DNA from: Octopus sinensis
Taxonomy: Eukaryota
Direction of reading: 5' to 3'
Length of the DNA: 64,000 nucleotides
Assembly (NCBI RefSeq): GCF_006345805.1
Contig: NC_043004.1
Location: 15,314,001-15,378,000 of the forward strand
In this document: positions 1-11,540 of the stretch, in pieces
How positions within the stretch are numbered: position 1 is the first letter of the stretch
Layout of the letters: every line of letters begins with the position of its first letter
Made by a program: the position numbers and the translations under genes
The notes under the pieces: generated by a model
The model's input: only the letters and a program-made list of their open reading frames with translations
Told to the model about the DNA's origin: nothing
Database searches by the model: none

Positions 1-52
1 ATTTAGTATTATTAAATTGAATTTTTCCCTGTAAGTTTGGAATCATATTCCC

Positions 53-441
<389 letters not shown>

Positions 442-613
442 TATTTCGTATATTAAGAAGAGGTAGGCAACGTACATCCGATTTAGTCCTCAAAATGGGG
501 AAGCAATTTGAACCAACTGTAAACAACAGATTTATGCGGTTGCACCGAGCTGTGCTGATATGATGTACGATAAATATTTATAAATTCTATTCATGGATTA
601 TGCATATTCTATT

Positions 614-617
<4 letters not shown>

Positions 618-673
<56 letters not shown>

Positions 674-726
674 GGTAGATCTATATAAGTGTATGTATGT
701 CTGTATATATATATATATGTATGTAT

Positions 727-776
<50 letters not shown>

Positions 777-998
777 AATGTTGCCCAAAAGTCAACCGAT
801 ATTAATAAAAATTTCCGTAAATACTTAAATCTCAATTTTATTTATTCATTCCAATTATGAATGCCTGATAATTGAATGTTGTGAGTTAAAATCACCGTTT
901 TGTTTTTCAAAATTTGATTAATATAAAATGTTCTTTTATTTTAATCTTGGAATTAAATGGATTTCAATCTACTGCCAGGTGACTTATGTCACTTGGCA

Positions 999-1092
<94 letters not shown>

Positions 1093-1160
1093 GTTTGTAT
1101 GTATGTATGTATATATGTACGTGTGTATATATATATATTTATGTATATGTATAAATATGT
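618..1160. repeat. Two (TA)n/(TATG)n compound microsatellites (618-770, 1000-1160)
   Basis: Direct inspection; source of the IY-repeat ORFs. Confidence 0.95.
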
Positions 1161-1280
1161 ATGCATGTATATGCCTATGAGTATTCGGTGTCATTAATGT
1201 AAATCAATATTATCGGTACTAGATTATCATCGTTTTGTGTGTGACTCCTTCAAAAAAGCGAAAACTACTGACTTTATGTT

Positions 1281-1518
1281 ATTTCTTTATTTCCCACAGG
1301 GGTCTAAATATAGATGGGATAATCAAGGACAGACGAAGGGATTTAGTCGATTACATCGACTACAGTACTTAACTGGTACTTATTTAATAGACCCCTCCCT
1401 CGAAAGAATGGAAACCAAACTCGACCTCGGTGGAATTTGAACTCAGAACATAACGGCACACGAAATACCGCTAAGCATATCACCCAGCGTGCTAACGTTT
1501 CTGCCAGCTCGCCGCCTT
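1281..1518 (-). mobile_element. tRNA-derived SINE, family A
   Basis: Minus strand reads ggcggcgagctggcagaaacgttagc...gttctgagttcaaattcc (B-box-like); homologous to copies at 10655, 18100, 24750. Confidence 0.85.
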
Positions 1519-1519
1519 A

Positions 1520-2280
1520 CTGCCTTTATATTATTGATTCTTCCGCATGTTCTCTTTTTCTAGCACAAAGGCTATCATATAAATAGCCATTTCTTTTCTC
1601 TAACAATAGGCAAGTTTTACATATCCAATAACCATACGATTCAGCAATGCCAGGGTCTTTCCAGATTGATATTTCATTGCCTTGTATATTTATTTGCTCT
1701 TCTGTTATTACGGTTCTGGTTGGTTAGTATTGCTTACACTTGCAATATATAGCAACAATCAGAATTTCTCCACTGGGCTGTTGATTGCTAAATATCTCGT
1801 TCTGATAATGTTTGCCTTATTCGGCATTTGGTCGAGACCTTTGCATCATTTCCGTCACCGTTTATCTCTCGGGAAAACCGCCTTTGATCTGCTTTGTTAC
1901 AACCTTTGTTGAAAAGTTCTAAATTCGATTCTTCGGTTCATGAATCTAAAGTAAACGTCTCTTGTAGCTGTGTGGAGTGCTATGTTTTTCATGCAATGTT
2001 TTAAGGTTCAAAGATTGCGATGTATGATCCAACTCTCCATTATATTGCTCCTGCTGCTACAGTAACGTACATCCTAATTTTATTTCACCTTCTTTGTTTT
2101 TTCTTTAGTTTAGCTTCCTACATTTCTGTTATATGCAATCTAATAGAATTTGTAGCTTGGAGACTCGGTAGATTTCTATCAAAATTGCTTGCCGTACAAG
2201 CGTATTCCTGTATAGATTTTTCAGTTGAAATTTTATCAGGTTAAACGTCAATACATTTCCTTCCGGACTTTGTAAAATAA
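1520..2280 (-). mobile_element. Possible highly decayed non-LTR retrotransposon ORF
   Basis: Frameshifted reading TVTE..QR..DQ/CRIRQTLSERDI loosely resembles the R4/Dong N-terminal TEQRLADQ..I..LSE motif; many stops. Confidence 0.25.
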
Positions 2281-2940
2281 TGACCAGTGATATAATGAGG
2301 TCGACCTTCTTAGATATACACCCCCACAAAATGTATACAGTACGGCCTACATTAGAAATTATTATATTAGTTTACAATATTATATTATGGTAATAGTCTT
2401 AACATTAGCAGAAATAAATAAATGTACTGAGGCCCCAGTACAATTTACGTTCTGCACAAAGTTGATATTGATTCTTTATCGTTTACGGATTGACGAAATA
2501 CCAAATACGACTAGCTGTATTGTATCCAATCGACAGAGATCCAATACCCCCGAATTTTGCTTCATCTCAAATTAAAAATTATTAATATTATATGTTTGGC
2601 ACTTGCACTGTGTTTGTACGAGCTGACTCCAAGTCTCAACCAGTGTTCAACGTTCAAGTTGGTGTTATGACTAAGATGTCATATATTTGATTTTGCATAG
2701 AGTATCGTTGTAGGTATTGGTTGCCAGATCATAAGTAAATTAAAAGTTTGTTTTAAAAGTAATTTGATTATAAGTTGATAGTGTGATGTGAAGATGACAG
2801 TAAAAGATGTTTACATTTCTAAGTATTTTAACACTGTTTAGAGATTAAAATGTTTGGGGAATTACACAGACAATATATCATGTAGGATATGAGCAGTTCT
2901 CATGAGAACTATATTTTGCATTTATTTCATTCTGGAATTA

Positions 2941-2955
2941 ATGATGATGATGATG

Positions 2956-3052
<97 letters not shown>

Positions 3053-3091
3053 TTATTATTATTATTATCATCATCATCATCATCATCATCA

Positions 3092-3125
<34 letters not shown>

Positions 3126-3146
3126 CATTATTATTATAATTATTAT
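2941..3146. repeat. Compound (GAT)(AAT)|(ATT)(ATC) palindromic microsatellite
   Basis: Strand switch at ~3013/3014 with mirror-symmetric blocks. Confidence 0.95.
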
Positions 3147-3432
3147 CATAAATCTAAAAACAGAAACAATTTATATCTTAGTAGGTGCATTAGGCATGAT
3201 AAAAAAAATTCAGACAAATACATAACAAAAACACTAGGACTTACAAACACACATAACATACAGCAAATTACACTACTGGGCACTGCACACATCCTACGCA
3301 AAACACCTTTAATACAGTAACCATCTGAGCATCACAACAAATCACAGCACATACCCAAGGCACACAGAGCTGTGCTCGGTAGCGAAGTGAAAGCACGCTA
3401 TTAAAATAGAGCTACTGAATAATAATAATAAT
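3146..3432 (+). mobile_element. 5'-truncated R4/Dong-like RLE non-LTR retrotransposon, 3' end
   Basis: Translates (one frameshift) ILVGALGMIKK/NSDKYITKTLG...IQQITLLGTAHILRK*, the typical R4/Dong C-terminus; short 3'UTR ending in (AAT)n. Confidence 0.85.
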
Positions 3433-3439
3433 AGTAACA

Positions 3440-3780
3440 GTTTTTTTCTCTTTATCACAAATTTTGTTGGAGGTCTTGAGGTCTTGCGTGGGTAGAGGGC
3501 TTACTACATGCAGTCTACGGTTTCATGATATTCGTTCTTTTCAGTTATCTAATAATTTCCAGATTATGCTGTCCGTTCTATTCGCACGCAGTCTTCCACA
3601 CTTATCACTCCCTTTCCTCCATTTGTTCTCTTCATGTAAAAGGCAATCAGTTTCTGTACGTTGTTGATGGGCTCCATGCATTGTAAAGAGATTTCTTGAC
3701 TTCCTATCCATCTCTTTTAGTTCATCCTCTGTCCACTTCAGAATTCCAGCGCCATAAAGAAATACTGCAACTGCGCTCTA
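3440..3780 (-). mobile_element. R4/Dong-like RT C-terminal fragment plus 3' tail
   Basis: AVAVFLYGAGILKWTEDELKEMDRKSRNLFTMHGAH.../YMKRTNGGKGVISVEDCV; tail ctccaacaaaa..tgtg.taaagag also seen at ~4430-4465. Confidence 0.85.
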
Positions 3781-4028
3781 GGGGACGCAAACACACCAGC
3801 ATCAGTTCTCAAACGATGTTGGGTCGGGGAGCAAACACAGGCACACAAACATATACACACATACACATATATACATATATACGACGGATTTCTTTCAGTT
3901 CCGTCTACCAAATCCACTCACAAGGCTTTGGTCGGCCGAGTCTATAGGAGAAGACACTTGTCCAAGATGCCACACAGTGGAACTGAACCCGGAACCGTGT
4001 GAGTGATAAGCAAGCTTCTTACCACACA
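3781..4028 (-). mobile_element. tRNA/CORE-like SINE family B, partial
   Basis: Minus strand gtggtaagaagcttgc...ggttcagttccactgtgtggcatcttggacaagtgtctt; internal (TA/CA)n. Confidence 0.85.
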
Positions 4029-4311
4029 ATAAACAACATCTCAAAGTGTTAAAAAGCTATCCGTAATCACCCCGTATTAGCGATAAAGGAACTTATCTAT
4101 GGAAAATTACATTGTAGCTAAGACCTAAACATCTCAGAGTTTTAGAAAACATAGGAAGTAATACAAAAGGTTTACACATTTTTAGGTAGAACTATTAAAT
4201 GTCCAACCTATCGTGTGAGTAATTGCAGCAGCACTGAGAACCTATAGGAAGACGAGGGGGACAGAGAAGGTGAACGGAAACTAAGAGGAAGCAGGCAGGT
4301 AAGCTCGCCAA

Positions 4312-4425
4312 AATTCCATTATCATTATTATTATTATCATCATCATCATCATCATCATCATCACCACCACCACCACCACCACCACCATCATCATCATCAT
4401 CCTCATTATTATTATCATTATTATC
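4312..4425. repeat. (CAT)n/(CAC)n/(ATT)n microsatellite
   Basis: Direct inspection. Confidence 0.95.
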
Positions 4426-5956
4426 TCTTTAGCACAGGTTTTGTTGGAGCTCCTGGAGTCTTGCATGCGTAGTACGCTCGTTGTTGTACTTGTTAAAAAA
4501 TGACGCAAGCAGCAAAAAAGTGACTAATAAACAAACAAAAAAGTATAAAACAATGTTGGGTATAATCCAATTTTGACTGCTTCGGAACCGTATTGAATCC
4601 AACATATCGATTGTACTTGAGCCGTAATCTCAAGTGATGGTCAACGTGGTTGATGGATCTATTATAAATAACTGTTATTAATATGTTTTAAAAACAACAC
4701 TACCCATTTGAAAAAGATAAGGAGGTCATATCCGATCATATAAATCTGAATCAACTACGATTGAAAAGGAGTATGACAATGCCAGTTCTTAAATTTCCAC
4801 AGATCTCTTTACGCAATCAGCATTGACTGAAATATGATGGAAAGCAAGGCTGAATTCAAGAACTAAAGAGCGCCGCAAATACAATTTCAAACAGGTTTTA
4901 TAAGAGATAATACGAAAGATTTAATAGAGAATCATTGAATGGAAACACCCTAAAAATAAAATCAGTACTCAAGAGGGATGAAGATATCAGGATATGCAAA
5001 TTGATTGATTGAGAACAGTCACATATCAAAGACATACAAATGCAAAGGTTATATAATCTCTAAAATTACGATGACCTTAAAAACAGGAATTGTGTGTTGG
5101 ACGCCAAAAAACGTGATATGTTACGCAGATAGGAGTAATTAGTTTCGTAACCAACGTGTTAACAGCGATAACAAAAGTATTACCCAAATGAAATCTTGTC
5201 AATCTGTCAAAGTATTGGGGTAGACCTCAGGTATGATACACACGGTAATCAAATAAATCGGTAATGTAAAATCCATCTCCAAAACAAATGCGGTTTAAAG
5301 GCGTGCAGACATTATGAGAGAATGAAACATGATTATCACGATTCTCATTTCAGTTAGCACATCATTGAGTAAATTATACAATTACCAGGACTGAAAATAT
5401 CATAATAGTTAAGCAAATATCACTATGAAGAACTTCAGAATTTAAAATTTCTCTTCGTCAAGAATCAGCCCCATTAAATGTACCCAGGGTATAAATATTC
5501 GCGTATCGTAGAGATAAGGTCTAAAAGTTTTGGTGGGGTGTTAAATTTGGAAGTCAAAAGTTTAGGGTTCAAAACCAAGTAACATCTTCAGCCATAGGTC
5601 TCATAATTATTCTTAACAAAACGCCAGGAATACACAAGTGACTGAATCCAGCCGAGGCATTGACTAGCACGTACATTGAATTATGAACTTTGAATGGATG
5701 AATTGCAAAGTTGATCTCAGTGACCGCAAACAATTCTGCCGCCTTCCAATAATAGAAGTGATGATTGTAGCAGATAATATTTCTCTTTCATAATCACGTA
5801 CATATACAAACACATTCCTACATACAAATTTATGCATAAACATGGACACACACATATATATGTAGGTGTGTGTGTATGTATTTTTATGTATGTGTATATT
5901 TACATCTTGTGGTTCAGTCAGGATGATGTTGGATTCTATTAATTCAATCAGTAGTC

Positions 5957-7750
5957 TCCAACATCATCCTGTTTGACCTACAATATAACCTCCAACGCTG
6001 AAGAGAGCACTTCTCGACTCTTCTGGACCAAGATTCCAACATGGCGGAAGACCTCTTGAATACGTACCCATACACTCAACTCGACATTCGATGACCACGC
6101 CACCGAAGAGTACCAGATTACCTCAACCACATGAAGCAGCAGGAGTCCCCTAGCCCAGATAAAATCCTAGTGCAACTTCTAAAACATGGTGGACTACTAC
6201 TAAACGCCAGTATGTTCATATTGATTCTCCGAATGTGAAAGAACCGCCATGTTCCCAAAGACCTCAAATATGCTGTTATCATCACCATCTTCAAAAAAGG
6301 AGATAGACAGATCTGTGGGAACTATCTTGGCGTCTCACCGCTCTCCACTGCAGGGGGAAATCTTTGCAAGGCTCCTTCTGAATCTTATTCAAGTCATCGG
6401 GAATGAAGTCCTATGCGATTTACAATGTGCATTTTGACCATCGAGAGCGACAACTGGCATGATCTCGACAAATACAAAAACAAATGTAGAGAATAACGAA
6501 AACCTCTCTATTTTGTTTTCTACGACCTCGAAAATACCTTTAATACCGTTCCAAGGCCGGCAATGTAGGAAGTCTCCTGACGCTTTGCTTGCTCCGATCA
6601 GCTCATTTCCCTAGTACAGGGATTACATGACGTTATGACTGGACCCATCTTCCATCAAAACCAACTGTCTGAAGAATTCCTCATCACTGGAGGATTAAAA
6701 CATGGATGTGTTTTACCCCCGATGCTCTTCTTGTAACTTACAGCATTGTTTCATAAACTGCTTTCGGACAATCTAGTAGTAACCTTAGGTAGCGATATGA
6801 TGGGGATGTTTCAATCGTGCCAGATTGGAATCAAGACTGGCCAGGAAACCAAAAGTCATTGAACTCTAGTATGCTGATGACAACACAGTGATCTGCTACT
6901 CCAGTGAACAGCTTCATGAATCGGTGAATAACTTCACTATTGCTTACTCTCCGTTCGACTTAAAAGTCAATATCAAAAAGACAAAAATCCTCGCACAACC
7001 CGTTCTAAGTCAAGAAACTCCAGAACTCAACACACCATTTCGGAGAAAGTCCAACAATTTTCATACTTGGGAAGTTGGCTTTCGAACAAGTGCACATTGG
7101 CAAAGGACGTGGAGAACCGATTAAGAGGGGTGGACTCGCGAAAATGGATTTTAAGAACAAAGATCTAAATCACCAAACAAAATTGAGTGTCTACCAAGAA
7201 GTCATAATCTCCACTCTCCACTACGGTTGTGAAACCTGGACTCTTTACCGAAGTGACGTCAAAAACCTAGACCGATTTCACCAACAGAAGCCTCACTCTA
7301 TCATGAATAGTAAATGGAATGACTGTGACCGATGTTCTTGAGAGAAGGAAAAGCAGCAGCATTGTGGCCACCATCCTGAAACATCGCCTGAGAGGGGCGG
7401 GCCTCGTATCAAGAAAGAAAGTGACTAGGATACCTTGTCAAATTTTATATGGTGTACTATCCACCGGAAGAAGATTCCTTGCCTCTCCACTGTGACAGAT
7501 CATTTTGAAGCTGAATGACATAAGAAATAATAGAAATGACAAGAAAGATAATAGAGCTGCAACAACTAATGCTTCCACCACGGATCCCTTGTGAACTTTA
7601 CAGTATACGCTTCCATGCAAGACCGCTTCCATGCAAGGCACGGCCTCTTTAGTCATCAGATGCATAAAAACGGACAGAGGGGAAGAAGCGGTCAAGAAGA
7701 AGCCAAATAAATTATCGGACACACGATAAACCGCTGACGACAACAACCAC
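5957..7750 (+). mobile_element. Decayed 5'-truncated RTE-clade (BovB-like) LINE: RT domain through 3' end
   Basis: LQR*REHFSTLL; AVIITIFKKGDRQICGNY; GLKHGCVLPPMLF; YADD at 6870-6881; KLSVYQEVIISTLHYGCETWTLY; terminal RFHARHGLFSHQMH; many stops and frameshifts. Confidence 0.93.
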
Positions 7751-8124
7751 GACGTACGTATTTATGTATGTATGTATGTATGTATGTATGTATGCTTTTA
7801 TGTATGTAAGCTAGATCCCAGGCTCCTTTATTGAAATTTTAACGCCAGCAACATTGTATTCTTTATGTATGTATACGCGCAGATCTGTCTGTCTGTATGT
7901 ATGTACGTATGTATGTGTGTATGTATGTCTTTTTTAATTATTGTAAATCTGCCATTGAAGAGGGAGCCAGTTTCCAACAACGATACAATGCTCCATCTTC
8001 GGGAAGTAGTTAACCCAAATTCACATTTGGAACTTTAGAAAAGTCTTGCATTTCTATGTATGTATGTATGTATGCATGTATGTATGTATGTATGTATGTA
8101 TCTATGTATGTATGTATGTATGTG

Positions 8125-8430
8125 AGAGCGGATTGCTTAGGGGTTAGGGTATTCCGCTCACGGTCGTAAGTCATGAATTCGATTCCCTGGGGTGCGTTAT
8201 GTTCTTGGGCAAGACATTTCATTTCAAGTTGCTCCAGTCCACTCAGTTGGCAAAAATACGTAGATATTATATTTCGAAGGGCCAGCCTTATCAAACTCTC
8301 TGGCACCCTGAATATCGCTGAGAACTACTTTAGGGGCACGCGTGCCTGTGCATTGCCCCACCATTTGCAACTTCACGAGCAGTTTGTTCCGTCGATCGGA
8401 GTAACTGTGACCTTCGTACACCCCATCCTA
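8125..8430 (+). mobile_element. tRNA/CORE-like SINE family C, tail variant 2
   Basis: ttaggggttagggt...gaattcgattcc, then gttcttgggcaagacatttcatttcaagttgctccagtccactcag; the same head and tail occur inverted at 40450-40710. Confidence 0.8.
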
Positions 8431-9977
8431 CGAACAAATTAAAACCATATTCCATTTTATAATTTCACCAAAAATTTACTATAATTTAGTAAATATTATT
8501 ACATTTTGGATTTATAAAACAACAGAACACAACAAATAACTAAAAATGTTCCGCAATTTATAAATGGTTCCTCTTTTCTTTTACACCATAATGCATATAA
8601 GGTAGGGAAAATAATGATAGAGATAGAAATGTTGCTGTTGTGGGAAGTGATAGAGCAGTAACATCGCATTTCATATCATAGAAATTATTAAATAATCTAA
8701 ACTAGCAAGGGTGCTAATGAACGTTGGATTATGAAAATAACAAAAAAAAGTATTATAATATAAAATATTGCAGATGCAACGTGCGATGAAACATAACAAT
8801 CACGTGGTTTTTGCTATTAATGTCACTTTGATTAACATCCTCCTTCTCTCCATCCCTACTCTTCCCCTCCATTTCATCATCATCATTGTTAATTTTTTCT
8901 ATGATTGTCATCACTATTACTATCGTTGCTGCTGTTAGTGTGTTTATCGTAGTTTTTGTGGTTCTCATTCTTATTACTGGTGTTGCTGTCATTGTTCTTA
9001 TTGTTCTTGTTATTATTATTGATATTATGATATTATATGTGTTGTTGTTATTAGTTTCTTTATTTTTCTTTTTTTTTCTTTAAATCCTTGAATAATTTGC
9101 TGAAAAAATATTATTCTAAAAACAGAAAAAATAATGTGATGTGTACTCTGCAAGAGAAAACGCAAAATTTGATAAAAAGCAAACTTAACAAACAGAATCA
9201 TTATAAACATCTCAGTCAACAAGAGAAAAGTGAAATACAACAAAATAAGAAGCGTTAGAAATTAAATACTATCTAAATCAAATAAATTCTAAGGTGAAAT
9301 GGATCAATTTAACGATAGCAAAATTTCAAATAAAATAAATGTGTTACTTTGTAAAATTCGCTAATTTTTTACAGCTAATTTCACAATAAAATAAAATGAT
9401 ATCTTGCAGAGAGTTAATGTATACACTCTTGGACAAAATTTGCTGCCTGCAATAAGAATGTACAATAGTCAAGAATAAGTACGATAAATTAGTAAGGTCA
9501 AAATACATGGTTCTGTGACAGGTTTCAGTAAGTGACGTGTTTGGTTGGCTTGGGGGTTTTCCATTTTATATTCCAGCTGATCAAGATAATGTGTGAGTAT
9601 TTTGGTAAAACTCATGAATATATATCTTGCTACATATTTATGTTTACATGCATAAAATCACATGAAGTATCGTTGACTGAAATATATTTGTGTAAAATCA
9701 CGTTCGACTGCACGCGATCGTGAGAAGACCTACCGTTGTGGAGCTAATCCCAGAAGAAACTTTTTGTCTTTGACACGTGGGACATCAGCATGTCGACAAA
9801 ATATTCCGTCATTGGGAATTATTGAGGATTAACTTCGATGTGTAATGCTAGTAGAATGTCAAATGTTTGTTACGTCGGTGGTTCTCATACTTACGACACA
9901 AATATTTGTATTATATATACGCATTGCATTCAAACATTAAGTTTCCTTTCAGCACTTTACTATTTTACTCTGATTTA

Positions 9978-10188
9978 CTCTCTTATTTGTTTCAGTCATT
10001 TGACTGTGGCCATGCTGGAACATCGCCTTTAGTCGAGCAAATCGACCCCAGGACTTATTCTTTGTAAGCCTAGTACTTATTCTATTGGTCTCTTTTGCCG
10101 AAGCGTTAAGTTACGGGGACGTCAACGCACCAACATCGGTTGTCAAACGATGTTGGGGGACAACCACAGACACACACACACACACATG

Positions 10189-10235
<47 letters not shown>

Positions 10236-10402
10236 ACATATATACGACGAGCTTTTTTCAGTTTCCGTCTACCAAATCCAATCACAAGGATTTGGTCGGC
10301 CCGAGGCTATAGTTGAAGACAGTTACCCAAGATGCCACGCAGCGGGAATGAACCCGGAACCATGTGGTTGCTAAGCAAGCTATTTACCACGCATCCACTC
10401 CT
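9978..10402 (-). mobile_element. SINE family B, near full length
   Basis: Head, core, internal (TA)(TG) tract and tail ending ...gactgaaacaaataaga. Confidence 0.9.
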
Positions 10403-10654
10403 ACATATTTGTGCATGATATGTGAATAATAAACATCTCATTATACATGTCCACTCAAAATATTTATACTAATACACAATAAAAACTTAATGTCTGGCAC
10501 AGAAGACCTATGCCAAGAATCAAAGATAACGACACAAATATAAACCTGCATATTTCAAAATCGATTCTATTATTTAATAACAACACATATTTGAAAGTAA
10601 TTTTAACAGAGAAAAATAGAAGATTATTTTGATTAGTTCAATATAGGCTTTACC

Positions 10655-11036
10655 ATGGTAGCAAGCTGGCAGAAACGTTAGCACACCTGGCGAAATGCTT
10701 ACTGGCGTTTCGTCTGCCGTTACATTCTGAGTTCAAATTCCGCAGAGCTCGACTTTGCCTTTTATCCTTTCGGAGTCGATAAAATAAGTACCAGTTATGC
10801 AATGGTCGATATAATGGACTTAATCCGTTTGTCTGTCCTTGTTTGTCCTCTATGTATTTAGCCCCTTGTGGGTATTTCGTCTCCCTTTACGTTCTGAGTT
10901 CAAATTCTGCCGAGGTCGACTTTGTATTTTATCCTTTCGGGGTCCATAAATTAAGTACCAGTTGTGTATTGAGACTCCATCTAATCCACTGGCCCCCTCC
11001 CACAAAATTTCGGACCTTGTGCCTAGAGTAGAAAAG
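10655..11036 (+). mobile_element. SINE family A dimer/chimera
   Basis: Full monomer to ~10872, then a restart at ggtatttcgtc with a different 3' tail. Confidence 0.85.
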
Positions 11037-11253
11037 AGTTTATGCTTTTACAATTTCCGTTCATATATTTTTATAACTCTTAAATTACAAACATATTTTC
11101 GCTTAAAATAAATTAAGATTATACACACACACACACTCACACACCCACACACTCTCTCTCACACACACACATTTCAGACTCTTCAAAAATTTGAATAAAA
11201 GGCAAAATGACAGTACGTTAATATGCCTTTTAACTGTCAGTATATAAAAACTC

Positions 11254-11540
11254 GTGGAGGCACATGGCCTATTGGTTAGAGCAGCGGGTTCGAATCTCAG
11301 ACCAGGCGATGTGTGTGTGTTTATGATGGAAACACCTAAGCTCCACGCGGTTCCGGCAGATGGTAATGGTGAACTGCTGCTGACTCTCTCGCCACAACGT
11401 TCTCTCATTCTTTCCTCCTGCATCTTGCAACTCACCTGCGATGGACCGGCGTCCCGTCCAGGTGGGGAACCTATACGCCAAGGGAACCGGGAAACTGGCC
11501 CTTATGAGCCAGGCGTGGCTCGAGAAGGAACAAACAACAA
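11254..11540 (+). mobile_element. tRNA-derived SINE family D, tail variant 1
   Basis: A box tggcctattggtt, B box ggttcgaatc, central cctgcgatggaccggcgtcccgtccagg, (AAC)-like end. Confidence 0.85.

Noticed and set aside
587-1197. IY/YI, HT and CV repeat ORFs here and throughout
   Set aside because: Dinucleotide and tetranucleotide repeats lack stops in some frames
4700-5640. Possible very old R4-like ORF relic
   Set aside because: Motif resemblance too weak to support without alignment
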